From contig NIVC01000309.1 of NCBI GenBank assembly GCA_002269645.1, positions 434,001 through 498,000 of the forward strand: 64,000 nucleotides of DNA, read 5' to 3'. Below are positions 11,986-25,827 of this stretch, one piece after another. Below the pieces are notes generated by a model that saw only the letters and a list, made by a program, of their open reading frames with translations, was not told the origin of the DNA and made no database searches. Positions within the stretch are counted from its first letter, which is position 1; every line of letters begins with the position of its first letter. The position numbers and the translations under genes were made by a program. This DNA comes from Macrostomum lignano. Lineage: Eukaryota.

Positions 11986-13289
11986 GGACACCATATACTG
12001 GTACTAACTGATTGGGCCCCCTTGCTCCTATGCTACACCGCTACAACTTTTCCATTTCCGTTCCATTTGAAATTTTTTATTGATTTCTCATCATCTCGTC
12101 GTATTGATTTCAAATCAAAAGTCGATAAACCTCGCATTGACTATCTAGGTAGCATCTGCATGGATACCGGAGTTAGGCGATCTAATCATATATATTAGAT
12201 ATACTTATTTCAAGGCACAGATATAGTCAGACACCTGCTTACGTAGATCCTTATACAGCAGACGTGGATCCCAGGCTGTTGAGCATTTGACTCAGCGCAT
12301 GCAGCCAACTCTCAGAAGGACTTCGAGTTTCCAAACAAGAGATCAATTTTTCGCTCAATATTATTTAGGTTAAGAAGCTTCCCTTTTTGATCTTCTGCTT
12401 GATAAGACACTTCTTTTTTGTGCTTGCGGTATGAATGCAGGTACTCCGGGGGGTGGGGGGTGCGTTTTTCCCGCTGTACATTGGGGTCCGTGCGGCTGTG
12501 TGCCCTGGCCCAGTTCTGTGATACTAGCACACACACTCTCTTTCAAGTTCTCTCACTCTCTCACCCCCCCCCCCGAGTCTAAAATACTCTATCCAACGCA
12601 GTAAGGTGTGTTTTGCAAGTGCAACTCTGGCTGGTTCTGCAATGCGGCCGACTCTGCAACATAGCTGCTGTCCAAAAATAAATCCAATTTCTTTACTGCC
12701 GAGAGGAGCCGCGAGTGCGCAAAAAAGGCACAAAGACTCTGTCTAAACAGCCAATTCGAGTGTTCGGGCCCTGGCGTGAGTCGCTGCTCATTTTGCTAAT
12801 CGCATAGCATGGCAATATAATGCATGCGATACTGCAATTATATTGCTACTGGAAAATACACTACGGAGATAGGAAATTTCACAATTTTCAACACTAAAAC
12901 AGTGATTGGGTCTCCTAACAGTGTCAGAGAAAGCTCTAATCACACTATTTTGTGCCTCACATGCTGCTCTAACGATGGTCTGTCACTTGAAAAAACTTTA
13001 AAATAATGACAAGACCAATTTGACAAGACCAAAGAAAAATCGCACAAATTACGAGGATTCATGAAAATCGCTCCCTCAAAAGGCACTTTCCGTCTTGTAC
13101 TGCATCAGTAATCAGAGATTCAGACAGACGACTGCAGACGAAATCAGAGAGTTAGACAGAAGACCGCGCAGACCTATTCAGAGAGCCAGAGAGACACTTT
13201 GCACTAATTTGCACTTTGCACTTATTTGCACTTATTACATAACAAGACTTATTATATTTGCAGACTTCTTATATTTGCACCTCGGTGCA

Positions 13290-15134
13290 GATATAATGCC
13301 GCGACCTCCCCGTGGTATAGCTAGCCGGAGAGCCGCGCTTAACTGCTGCGGTGGCCAACAGCGGCAAGACCAAGCGAGGGCAGCGAAGTGAGCGCCGGCG
13401 AGTTGAACGTCGGCGTGAGCGAAACCGGTGAGGTCGGCAACGTGGTTCCGCCCGTCGGGCTGCTGCTTTCCTTGGCCAAGGACATCTAGGCCCGTCGCAA
13501 TTTCGCTAGTGCCTTCGTCAGCGCGCTTGGCGACAGGTGCGGGCGCGCCGAGTACACGGAGGTAAGTACCGCGTATAGAGCTGCGGCGGAGCAAGCAGTC
13601 CCGCTGATGCAACGCAGGACGACCCTGCGATTCGGCAAGCGAGGGCAGAGCTGGAGAGGCTCCGTCTGAGCAGGCGGCCAACTCGCGAGGCGGAGGAGGC
13701 AACAGGCCGCTGTGGACGGCGCCATCCAGACCGTCACCGCCGCTGGACCCGACGCCAAAGGGCGCATGGCCTGCTCCGCCATCAATGCTCTGACCGGGCG
13801 GAAGCGGCGCATCCCGCTCAATCTGGCTGGCGACAATCCGGATGAGCGCAGAAATGAGCTGCGCGAGTTCTTCGCCGCCATCGTCAACGCGCCGGAGACG
13901 CCGTTGCCGGCAGAGGAGAGTTTTAATGTAGCCCCAGTCAGCACAGCCGACGTTGTGAGGCTCGCCCAACAGTCACCGGGCCGGAAAGCGCTGGGTCCGG
14001 ACGAGGTTGCCCATCGAGGCGCTGCGACTCCACTGTGTGGCCAGCGAGGTCGCCAGTGTGATTAACCGCGTGCTTTTCGGTGAGGCGGCACCCAACGAAT
14101 GGACCACGGTGCACATCGTCGCTATTCCGAAGAAGCCGGGCACCGCGCGGCTTGAGGAGCACCGAGGTATCTGCCTGCAGTCCTGCGCTGCGAAGCTGTT
14201 CAACCGGATGCTGCTATCGCGGTTGCAATCCGTGCTGGATCCGTACCTGCGTCCTGAGCAGAACGGCTTCCGGCCCCACCACGGCACAGTGGCGCAGATC
14301 CTAGCTCTTCGCCGAGTCATCGAGGAAGCGCGGACCCGCCAGTCGAGCCTGATTGCTCTCTTTGTTGACTTCAGGAAGGCTTTCGACTAGGTCATGAGAG
14401 CCGTGCTCCCAATGGTGCTTCGTGCGTACAACGTGCCAGAGCAGCTGATTTCCGCCGTCATGGCGCTGTATCACGGCACGAACGCTGCTGTGCTAACACC
14501 GGACGGCCTATCGGATTTATTTTTTGAGATATCCTCTGGGGTTCTTCAGGGCTCCCCAATACGCTTGCGCCGTTCCTGTTCGTCCTGGTGCTTGACTGGG
14601 TGCTGCGGACTGCTCTCCCTTCTAACGACGACGGCTTCCTGTTTCAGCGACGCGTGGGTCGACGCCAACCAGAAAGGCGGCTCAGCGTGCTGGGCTACGC
14701 CGATAATCTCGCCCTGCTGTCCTCGACCGTCGAGGGCGCCCAACGCCAGCTGGACTGGTTGGAGATCGTTGCGGCGAGTGTCGACCTGGTGGTCAACACG
14801 CAGAAGACCGTCGTGCTCTGCGTGCCGGACGACATCGAGACTACAATTTTCTGCCGAGGCGCCGACGGACAGACGACGAAGCTTCCGTGCTGTCAGCAGT
14901 TCGTCTAACCTCGGCGGTCTGGTGCCTGATGTTCGAGAGGACCTACGACGTCGCCATGGACTTGCCTGGATCAATCACTGCCTTCCGTTCCGTGAGGGGG
15001 CAGGTGCGTACTCGGCGTTTCATCGACTGCATGCCTGCTGGCTGATGCCGGCGCATCGGACACAACGTTCCTACGTTCGCCTACGTTCGCGCCCAGGCCT
15101 TGAAACGCGCCTTGTGACGTTGTCTGCTGACTGA
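13290..15134 (+). mobile_element. Decayed non-LTR retrotransposon RT fragment, RTE/RTEX-like
   Basis: Pieces across frames: KALGPDEV, IPKK...HRGICLQSCAAKLFNRMLLSRL, QNGFR, FVDFRKAFD*, GVLQG, GYADNLALL; frameshifts and stops. Clade call is tentative. Confidence 0.85.
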
Positions 15135-16346
15135 CTATGAATTTGGTTTTTGTTGTTGTTGCATGCATGCAGAATAAGTCAATTATGCGGGTTGGTGACA
15201 TTTCAGTGACCTTTTGTACTAAACCTTGCGAAATTTCCGTACCGTATTCAGTATCAACATTTCATTCTCGTAATTTCTGTTTGAATAGCACTTTCTATAT
15301 TACACTTTAGGTAATTTAAATTCTAGCATATCCCAAATTCTTAACCGAACTTTATTAAAGGACCAACCAAGGACTACAGTGGTCCTTGGAACCAACGTCT
15401 TTACGCCTCATTTATTTAAAACCGCTACAACATAACATCGTATATAGATGATGAATTAATTAATCGACATCTTCAAAAAACATTATGGAAGCTTAAAATG
15501 CACTTTAAGCAGTCCAGTTTTAATGGTTATAGATCATAATAATTTTCTTCCGTTAAAATTTAAAACACTTTAGTCTATTTCATCTTTATCATGAGCATTT
15601 TTGCTTTACTGTAAGCAATGTTAATAAAAATGAAAATATTTTAATTAAAAGTATTCCAAGAACCGATAATTGGGTTTAACGGTTAAGGCCAAGGGAGACC
15701 GTTTAGGGTTAGTATAGTTTCAGTGGAATCATTTTTTACAATCAAACTTAGCTAGTTCAGTTCGAGAATTATGTTTCACAAGAGCAACTAAGTCTGACTG
15801 TAATTAGGGTTGTGCGTAAAAATGTGCACGAGCCTCTCGATCCAAAGGACACTAGTTTTCGTCTATTTATATTTGTGTTTATTACCTTGGTGGCTGGCTT
15901 CTGACTTGCCGAAACATTAAAAATGGATTTTTACAGATTTTTAAATTATTCAATGAAATAAATAGGAAAATGATGATTTTCAAAATAGAAAAAAATCCAT
16001 TTCTGTGCACCACTCCCCTTGGACTTGGCTTTGTGAATGTGAACTAAAACTTGTAGCTTTTAGCAAGTTTGTATTTTCCTCTAGAAAGTAATGCTGGATA
16101 AGCTGATGTTGTTTACTGTGTCTCTTAATTTATCCTTAAAACTAAATATGCTTATAGCAAGTTTTGAATTTATTAAACAATCTTAGCAGTCTTTTCATCA
16201 GATTAATCTTTTATATGATATAAATTTCAACTTGTACAAGCTTTTACTATAGTGCTTCTTCATGATATTGTTATATAAAAATTTCAATCTTAGTACATTA
16301 GATTAAATTGACTTTTATGCACTATTAATCTATTCTAGTTTGCTGA

Positions 16347-16529
16347 CAGGGGCATAGCCAGGAATTTCTCACACAGGGGATGCAGGGATATGAGTAGCTG
16401 CTGCTACTTGTACTTGCTGGCCTAATGGGCAGTTCATAGGAAATTAAGTGCCATAAATCAATTTCTTACACCCACCAACCAGGCCCATGGGGGGATACAT
16501 CACTGTATCCCCCTTAGTCTACACCACTG
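16347..16529. mobile_element. hAT-like MITE
   Basis: Ends CAGGGGCATAGCC / GTCTACACCACTG; 8-bp near-TSD TTTGCTGA / TTTGCTAA. Confidence 0.7.
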
Positions 16530-16892
16530 TTTGCTAAAAATATGATTAAATATTAAAACTCCAATCAAGCAAGTTTTTTTTATTAAAGGCATGAAGCTAA
16601 AATGTATAATATAGAAATATTAAAATTTTTGATATCATTAAATAGATACTGTGTTGGATACACTTAAGTTAGAGATAAAGCAGAACAATTTTTATTAGCA
16701 AGTTAAATAAAATTTAATTTTAGGTTATATTATTTATGCTGTTGACTGACAGAAAGTTTATATTAATTGTCTTATAGCATGTTATATGTTATATAAAAAT
16801 TATGGAATTAGTATTTTTGCAGTCTATATAAAAATCATTTTTCTTTAAAAAACCATTTTAGCCAAGCCATCCAGCATAGCTAGCTATAAACT

Positions 16893-17050
16893 ATGGTATC
16901 AGAAGTTTCAGCCCAGCGCTGTGCTGACCTAGAGTATGAATGCAATTCAACTGGCAATGCATTTACAAGCTTGATTAGCGAATTAAAGCTTGGCATTCCT
17001 GTTTATGAAGATCTGATTAACAAGGCTCAAAAGTTAAATGGTGCTTTCAG
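16893..17050 (+). CDS. MTSS1: MTSS1/MIM-like I-BAR protein, exon 1
   Basis: MVSEVSAQRCADLEYECNSTGNAFTSLISELKLGIPVYEDLINKAQKLNGAF resembles the MIM N-terminus (KECSALGGLFQTIISDMKGSYPVWEDFINKA); donor gtgagt. Confidence 0.88.
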
Positions 17051-17229
17051 GTGAGTGGACAGAGGGAAATCTGGTTGGTTGGTAGCAAAGGTGATCTTGT
17101 ATATTAAGATGGGGAATCTACTATATTGGAAGGGGAGTCGGGAATGTAGGCAGTAAATCTTGGTTATGTAGAATTAGGAATCTGGTAGATTTAGAAGTAA
17201 GAGAATTTGAAAGGTTTGATGGGTAAAGA

Positions 17230-18200
17230 AATCGGTAGATAGGGAAGGGGAATCCGGTAGATAGGGAAGGGGAATCCGGTAGCTAAGGAAGGGGAATCGG
17301 GTAGATAAGGAAAAGGAATCGGGTAGATAAGGAAACATAGTCGGGTAGATTAGGAAACGGAATCGGGTAGGTAAGGAAAATAAATCGGGTAGCTAAGGTA
17401 GGGGAATCGGGTAGATAAGGAATGGGAATTGGATAGATAAGGAAGGGGAATCGGGTAGATAAGGAATGGGAATCGGATAGATAAGGAAGGGGAATTGGGT
17501 AGATAAGGAAGGGGAATTGGGTAGATAAGGAAGGGGAATCGGGTAGATAAGGAATGGGAATCGGATAGATAAGGAAGGGGAATTGGGTAGATAAGGAAGG
17601 GGAATTGGGTAGATAAGGAAGGGGAATTGGGTAGATAAGGAAGGGGAATTGGGTAGATAAGGAAGGGGAATTGGGTAGATAAGGAAGGCGAATCGGGTAG
17701 ATAAGGAAGGGGAATTGAATAGATAAGGAAGGCGAATCGGGTAGATAAGGAAGGGGAATTGAATAGATAAGGAAGGCGAATCGGGTAGATAAGGAAGGGG
17801 AATTGAATAGATAAGGAAGGGGAATCGGGTAGATAAGGAAGGGGAATCGGGTAGATAAGGAAGGGGAATCGGGTAGATAAGGAAGGGGAATTGGGTAGAT
17901 AAGGAAGGGGAATCGGGTAGATAAGGAAGGGGAATTGAATTATAGATAGGAAAGGGAATCGGGTAGATAAGGAAGGGGAATTGAATTATAGATAGGAAGG
18001 GGAATCGGGTAGATAAGGAAGGGGAGTCGGGTAGATAAGGAAGGGGAATTGGGTAGATAAGGAAGGGGAATTGGGTAGATAAGGAAGGGGAATTGAATTA
18101 TAGATAGGAAGGGGAATCGGGTAGATAAGGAAGGGGAGTCGGGTAGATAAGGAAGGGGAATTGGGTAGATAAGGAAGGGGAATTGGGTAGATAAAGAACC
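17230..18200. repeat. 22-bp minisatellite (gggtagataaggaaggggaatc)n, MIM intron 1
   Basis: Direct reading. Confidence 0.95.
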
Positions 18201-18247
18201 GGAGTCGGGTAAGAGAACTACATGTCGCCCATTAAAATTCGCTGCAG

Positions 18248-18321
18248 AATACTTCTGTTAGCGAGTTCAGCTTTTCTGGATTCTTTCCAAAAGATAGCGG
18301 ATTTGGCTTCAAGCTCCAATG
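18248..18321 (+). CDS. MTSS1: MTSS1/MIM-like, exon 2
   Basis: ILLLASSAFLDSFQKIADLASSSN (compare AAFLDAFQKVADMA); phases consistent. Confidence 0.92.
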
Positions 18322-18408
18322 GTGAGTTTCGAAAGGCTAATGCCATGTTTTGTTTAAATGCAAGAGTTGTCATTACTCCTATTCTATTTTAACTTTCTAT
18401 ACATATAG

Positions 18409-18493
18409 GCGCCACCAAAGAGTTGGGCGCCGCTCTGACGCGAATCTGCTTGAAGCAGCGAACTATTGAGAGCCGGGCCAAGTCCTACAGCGG
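18409..18493 (+). CDS. MTSS1: MTSS1/MIM-like, exon 3
   Basis: GATKELGAALTRICLKQRTIESRAKSYS (compare GTREIGSALTRMCMRHRSIE). Confidence 0.92.
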
Positions 18494-18772
18494 GTGAGTT
18501 CAGTGTACAGTGCTTTTGTTTGGTATCGCTTATGATTTCTGCATTGATTCCATATGCAGTTTGGGAATCCTCTAAAAACATACAGTGATTGACTGCTGCC
18601 ACGACAGTGATAATGAGTCTGTTATCGCCTTTAAATATTGACTGCAATTAGCGCCAAATAGACTTTACCCGCATACTGCCCTGACAAAGAGTAACCTAAC
18701 TCAAAATATCGGCAACTATAATGAAATGGAGAAATGAAGGCCAACACCAACATATAAGTAAATTATTATTAT

Positions 18773-18811
18773 AGCCAACGCGTTTCGACACAAGCGGTCA
18801 TCTTCAGGGCT
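18773..18811 (-). ncRNA. Minimal type I hammerhead ribozyme motif (antisense copy)
   Basis: Reverse complement of 18943-18981. Confidence 0.75.
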
Positions 18812-18942
18812 TGCACTCATGCACTCATATTGCACTCATATGAGTATGAAATATACGAGATTTCGTATTTCGTATGAGATTTCGATCATATATTTCATAC
18901 TCATATGAGAGAGATACTCATATGCGAGATCATATGAGTGCA

Positions 18943-18981
18943 AGCCCTGAAGATGACCGCTTGTGTCGAAACGCGTTGGCT
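18943..18981 (+). ncRNA. Minimal type I hammerhead ribozyme motif
   Basis: AGCC-CTGAAGA-T-GAC(cgcttgt)GTC-GAAA-CGCGT-T-GGCT: stem I AGCC/GGCT, stem II GAC/GTC, palindromic stem III ACGCGT. Confidence 0.75.
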
Positions 18982-19104
18982 ATAATAATAATTTACTTAT
19001 ATGTTGGTGTTGGCCTTCATTTCTCTATTATTAATTAAACGAGCATCTCTACCAGATAATGAAATGGACTTTTTAAAGTTCTTTTACTGTGTCAGCACCT
19101 GAGA

Positions 19105-19560
19105 TTTGGGGTGCCCTTCTCTCTCTCTCCCTCTTTCTCCCTCTCTCTGCCTCTCTCCCTCTCCTTATCTCCCTCTCTAACTCTTCCCAGTCTCTCCCTC
19201 TCCCTCACCCTCCCTCTCTCCCTCTCCCCAGTCTCCCCCTCTCCCTCTCTCCCTCCCTCTCTCCAGTCTCCCTCTCTCCTTCCCTCCCTCCCTCCCTCCC
19301 TCCCTCCCTCTCCCCAGACTCCCTCTCTCCCTCTCCCCAGTCTCCCTCTCTCCCTCTCCCCAGTCTCCCTCTCTCCCTCTCCCCAGTCTCCCCCTCTCCC
19401 CAGTCTCCCCCTCTCCCTCTCTGCCCCTCTCCCTCTCTCCCTCCCTCCCTCCCTCTCTCCAGTCTCCCTCTCTCCCTCCCTCCCTTTCCCCAGACTCCCT
19501 CTCTCCTCCCCACTCTCCCTCTCTCCTTCTCTCTTTCTCTCCTCTCTTTTTCTCTCTTTC
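19105..19560. repeat. CT-rich low-complexity repeat
   Basis: Direct reading. Confidence 0.9.
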
Positions 19561-20251
19561 TATTAATTCGCTTCTGTCCTGCGGTGAGCTAGGAAATCAG
19601 GAATGATTGGGATCTGATCCCAAGAATGCTGCCACACGGTTAGGGAAAAGGCACATCCCTGTTTGGTTTATTAATATTTTGCCCAAGGCGAAATATAAAA
19701 TATGAGCTGCTCTACTAACTCTGTCAAATCAGGCGTGAACTTGTCCTAAGAATTTGTGATTGCGTAATAGCGAAATATCGTATATTATGTAATACAAAAT
19801 AATTTATAGTAAAATTACGAATATGCACACTAAATTATATATCGCGTCTTTGAGATGCCTATATTTCAACCAACAAACACTGTCACTATTGATTGAATAG
19901 AGCTGCTTTAACTAAAATTTCTTTCCGTATTTTGAATTAATTGACTTGTCGTCGTTGTTTAAACTATATGAAAAGATGATTCATGTCTTAAAGAAATCTT
20001 TGCATTAGAGATTTCCCGGGAGAGCAGGCAGAGGGACTGGGGTAGGGTTGGCAATAGCAAAGTTCATGACCGTGTATAGCTATAAAGCAATATTTCTTCC
20101 CGCCTTCGGCCCCGCCTTTTTAAATATGCAAATTCTTACGGCCTGTGTTTTTTGTATCCGCTTTGCAGACACGTGTTGCTAGTTCATCCGGCCCTCCTGG
20201 GGCAGTCGTATTAGTTTGTTTTAAGCAGCCGTTTGCTCATTCAGGACCTGC

Positions 20252-20474
<223 letters not shown>

Positions 20475-20870
20475 CATGTACCAATCAACCAATCTCTTTA
20501 TGCGTCACCATGTGTATGCACACCTTTACTCGTCTCATGTCCCGCTTGCTCACTTTCCTCTCCTCCCCCTTGCCTTCCCTGCGCGTGTCTCCTTTATCCT
20601 TTGTGCTTGCTTTGCCCTTGTTGTCACGCGCTGGCCCAGGGGTGAGGGGTCGGTTCGCCCAGCTTGCTCATTCGTACTCAGTGCAGCCGGAACCGAGAGC
20701 CATCATATTATTTTGGCTACATGTGCAGCTTCACTGCTCCCCCCTCTACAGATGACGGACGGAGCTGAGACTGGGTGGGGAACCAGCTAATGGGAGACTG
20801 AGGGGCTTGCAGAGGCCGTGGCCCAGCTCGTCATCGCGCAAATATAATTGCGCTGCCGGGCCGAATTTGC

Positions 20871-20916
<46 letters not shown>

Positions 20917-21155
20917 TTTCCGCAGTGTCGGACCTCCCTCCAAGGCTCTAAACATCCTCCCCATCCGCCTCCCAACAAATCCCTTAGGTGCTGATTAGCG
21001 TGAATAGGATGCAGGGCCCCAGTAGCCGGGGCGCATGCGAGAGGACCGGATCAATTTCTTCTCCTCTGTTTTTTGCCCGACTCCAATCCTGCCGCTCCCT
21101 GTCCTGCGCTGTGTCACCCGGACTCGTCCCCCCCCTCCCAACTTCTGAGCCTCAG

Positions 21156-21611
<456 letters not shown>

Positions 21612-22300
21612 ATCTTTATGTATGTCCTAATATCTGACTTTCTATGGGTCTAACTGTTTAGTTGGCACCTGTAGACGTTCTGTTTAATCCCCTAGCATCG
21701 CAAGTCCCACTGCACGATTCCATCCACAGTGTCTCTTTTTGCCTACTTAGCCCGTAAGCCGAGCCAGCTAATCTCCGTTATTGTGCTTTAAGGGCCAATT
21801 CAAAGCAGTAGGCCACAGCTTCATCAGGCTTAGGAGCAGAAATGCCCCTCTTCCCACTATTTTCCCTCCCTAATCCTCTTCGGCAAAAATTTGCGCGGCT
21901 CAGGCGAACGGCTAGACAAGAAACTTGGAATTCCGCTGGGTGCAATTCAGGACACAAACTTGGCTTTAGCCTGCAGTATTGATTATTCTGTCTCTCACAA
22001 TGCTTTATTATATGTAGCCATGCCTGCTAATATCTTTGTTGATAAAGATTTATTGTCGTCAATTCGGGTATGATCTACTATTGAGCTGACATTTTTGTTA
22101 ATAAGGCAGCCAGTATTCGAAATTAGACTGCGTTCTTATGACCGAGTTCGTCATCAATTAAAGCTTGCTTTTCGGTTGTTCTTAAGTCCTTCTGATCCCT
22201 CACGGTTTGGCTCATAATTTCGATTGAACTTAGCCAGGGAATTCGTTCGATAGCTTTTCTTGTAAATTCCTTGTTCATTACTTCTAACTGGAGTTCTGTG

Positions 22301-22795
22301 GGGATTTCAATAATCATAACTCGAGTTTTTATGGGGATTTCAATAATCATAACTCGAGTTTTTATGGGGATTTCAATAATCATAACTCGAGTTTTTATGG
22401 GGATTTCAATTATCATACCTTGAGCTTTATGGGGATTTCAATAATCATAACTCGAGTTTTTACGGGGATTTCAATAATCATAACTCGAGTTTCTATGGGG
22501 ATTTCACTAATCATAACTCGAGTTTTATGGGATTTAAATAATCATACCTTGAGCTTTATGGGGATTTCAGTAATCATAACTCGAGTTCTATGGGGATTTC
22601 AATAATCATAACTCGAGAGTTTATGGGATTTCAATTATCATAACTCGAGCTTTTATGGGGATTTCAATAATCATAACTCGAGTTTTTATGGGATTTCAGT
22701 AGTCTTACCTTGAGCTTTATGGGGATTTCAGTAATCATAACTCGAGTTCTATGGGGATTTCAATAATCATAACTCGAGTTTTATGGGGATTTCAA
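22301..22795. repeat. 33-bp minisatellite (ggggatttcaataatcataactcgagtttttat)n
   Basis: Direct reading; ends about 50 bp before MIM exon 4. Confidence 0.95.
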
Positions 22796-22846
22796 TTTCG
22801 GGATTTGAAGACAAACGACTTGCCTCCCCCTTCCTCAACCCCGCAG

Positions 22847-23463
22847 CCACCTGCAGGACAGTCTCGCCGCGCCGCTCTCGGAGCGCCTGGAGTCGTGGCG
22901 CCGCCAGACCCAGCAGCTCGAGAAGGAGCGCCACCGCGAGCTCAAGCGACTTCGCGCCGATGCAAAACGGTCGGCAGGCAGCGGCGGCAGCGTCGTCTAC
23001 GGCGGCGGCGGCGGCGGCGCCACTTCTGGCGAATCGACTCTGCGACTTGGCCGGAGACGTCGCCAATCGTCCGGCAGTCAGCTGATGGACAGCGGCCAGC
23101 TCGAGCGCGCCCTGGCCGACTCGCTGCGCTGGCAGGAGCGTCAGCTGACCGTCGAGAGGCACTGGCTGCGTCTGGCCCGTCAGGAGGGCCGCTCGCGCCT
23201 GGCCTGCTTCCTGGCCTGTCTGAAGCCCGGCCTGGACCTTCTTGGCGGACTGGCCGACGAGTTCGGACACCTGCGCGACTTGGCCGACCGAATGTCCGGC
23301 CTCACCAACTGTTGCGCCGACGACGGGTCCGACGCGTCCGCCGCTGCCGCTTCCGCCGCTGCCGCTTCCGCCGCGTTCAATGCCGCCACAGGCCCGCCGA
23401 AAATGTCCAGCGGCGGCTGTCAAAGGCGGAGCTTCAGCCCGGCGCCCAGCGTCAATTCTCACG
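22847..23463 (+). CDS. MTSS1: MTSS1/MIM-like, exon 4 (rest of the I-BAR domain)
   Basis: HLQDSLAAPLSERLESWRRQTQQLEKERHRELKRLR...QEGRSRLACFLACLKP (compare LIDCLINPLQEQMEEWKK...EERGRFCTFISMLRP); ccgcag acceptor, gtgagt donor. Confidence 0.88.
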
Positions 23464-23484
23464 GTGAGTCTCGGGGAGAGTCCT

Positions 23485-24275
23485 TTGATCTGACCGCTAG
23501 TCGAGGGCTCCCTTTGATCTGACCGCTAGTCGAGGGCTCCCTTTGATCTGACCGCTAGTCGAGGGCTTCCTTTGATCTGACCGCTAGTCGAGGGCTTCCT
23601 TTGATCTGACCGCTAGTCGAGGGCTTCCTTTGATCTGACCGCTAGTCGAGGGCTTTCTTTGATCTGACCGCTAGTCGAGGCTTCCTTTGATCTGACCGCT
23701 AGTCGAGGGCTTCCTTTGATCTGATCGCTAGTCGAGGGCTTCCTTTGAACTGACCGCTAGTGCGAGGGTTCCCTTTGATCTGACCGCTAGTGCGAGGGTT
23801 CCTTTTGATCTGACCGCTAGTGCGAGGGTTCCCTTTGGTCTGACCGCTAGTGCGAGGGGCGCCTTTGATCTGACCGCTCCGTTTAATCTGACCGCTAGTG
23901 CGAGGTGCGCCTTTGATCTGACCGCTCCGTTTAATCTGACCGCTAGTGCGAGGGTTCCCTTTGATCTGATCGCTAGTGCGAGGGCTCCCTTTGATCTGAC
24001 TGCTAGTGCGAGGGTTCCCTTTGATCTGACCGCTAGTCGAGGGCTTCCTTTGATCTGACCGCTAGTGCGAAGGTTTTCTTTAATCTGACCGTTAGTGCGA
24101 GGGACCGCTTGTGCGAGGGATTGCCTTTGATCTGACCGCTAATGTGAGGACTCTCTTTGATCTGACCGCTAGTGCGAGGGTTCCCTTTGATCTGACCGCT
24201 AGTGCGAGGGTTCCCTTTGATCTGACCGCTAGTGCGAGGGCTCCCTTTGATCTGACCGCTAGTGCGAGGGTTCCC
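23485..24275. repeat. 29/30-bp minisatellite (tttgatctgaccgctagt(g)cgagggttccc)n
   Basis: Direct reading. Confidence 0.95.
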
Positions 24276-24594
24276 TTTAAATTTAAGTGCTCTGAAACCT
24301 AAACTGCGAGATGGAGGAATTTTATTAAATATGAAAGTGAAGGTGAAAGTTTTTATGCAGCATGTTTTGCGTATTACGGTTCAAAAAAGTTCACACGGAC
24401 TTTATGAGCGGATTAATAAACTTTTTCGCAATTTTGCAGTTTTAACACAATAAATCTTCTTCGCTTCCTGATTAATTAATCAACTTTTCATGCACCTAGT
24501 CGACTAAGTTTCCTTCTAAGGTGTGGACTAAATTCGTCCATACCACTGGAGTGACTCTCCAGCAGCGGGTCAGAAGTGACTCTTAATAAAGGAA

Positions 24595-25750
24595 CGGGTC
24601 AGGAGTGACTCTCAAGCAGGGAGCGGGTCAGGAGTGACTCTCAAGCAGGGAGCGGGTCAGGAGTAACTCTCAATAAAGGAGTGGGTCAGGAGTGACTCTC
24701 AAGCAGGGAGCGGGTCAGGAGTGACTCTCAAGCAGGGAGCGGGTCAGGAGTGACTCTCAAGCAGGGAGCGGGTCAGGAGTGACTCTCAAGCAGCGAGCGG
24801 GTCAGGAGTGACTTTCAAGCAGGGAGTGGGTCAGGAGTGACTCTCAAGCAGGGAGTGGGTCAGGAAGTGACTCTCAATAAAGGAGTGGGTCAGGAGTGAC
24901 TCTCAAGCAGGGAGCGGGTCAGGAGTGACTCTCAAGCAGGGAGCGGGTCAGGAGTGACTCTCAAGCAGGGAGCGGGTCAGGAGTGACTCTCAAGCAGCGA
25001 GCGGGTCAGGAGTGACTTTCAAGCAGGGAGTGGGTCAGGAGTGACTTTCAAGCAGGGAGTGGGTCAGGAAGTGACTCTCAAGCAGGGAGTGGGTCAGGAG
25101 TGACTCTCAAGCAGGGAATGAGTCAGGAGTGACTTTCAAGCAGGGAGTGGGTCAGGAAGTGACTCTCAAGCAGGGAGTGGGTCAGGAGTGACTCTCAAGC
25201 AGGGAATGAGTCAGGAGTGACTCTCAAGCAGGGAGTGGGTCAGGAGTGACTCTCAAGCAGGGAGCGGGTCAGGAGTGACTCTCAAGCAGGGAATGAGTCA
25301 GGAGTGACTTTCAAGCAGGGAGTGGGTCAGGAGTGACTCTCAAGCAGGGAATGAGTCAGGAGTGACTCTCAAGCAGGGAATGAGTCAGGAGTGACTTTCA
25401 ATAAAGCAGCGGGTCAGGAGTGACTCTCAAGCAGGGAGTGGGTCAGGAAGTGACTCTCAAGCAAGGAGTGGGTCAGGAGTGACTCTCAAGCAGGGAATGA
25501 GTCAGGAGTGACTCTCAAGCAGGGAATGAGTCAGGAGTGACTCTCAAGCAGGGAATGGGTCAGGAGTGACTTTCAATAAAGCAGCGGGTCAGGAGTGACT
25601 CTCAAGCAGGGAATGAGTTAGGAGTGACTCTCAAGCAGGGAGTGGGTCAGGAGTGACTCTCAAGCAGGGAATGAGTCAGGAGTGACTTTCAAATAAAGCA
25701 GCGGGTCAGGAGTGACTCTCAATATAGGAGCGGGTCAGGAGTGACTCTCA
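24595..25750. repeat. 29-bp minisatellite (gggtcaggagtgactctcaagcagggagc)n
   Basis: Direct reading. Confidence 0.95.
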
Positions 25751-25827
25751 AGCAAGGAACTGAATTTGAATACGATAAGAAGTTTCATTACCATTTCAAA
25801 AATAGAAAACGCTCTAAAATTTTGCAG

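Larger units (their letters stand above)
18731..19055. mobile_element. Fold-back Penelope-derived element with two inverted hammerheads
   Basis: Perfect 92-bp inverted arms 18729-18820 / 18934-19025; 13-bp direct repeat ATAATGAAATGGA at 18718-18730 and 19056-19068. Confidence 0.8.

Noticed and set aside
12312-12800. Short minus-strand ORFs as upstream exons of the orphan TM gene
   Set aside because: No compatible splice sites or recognisable motifs.
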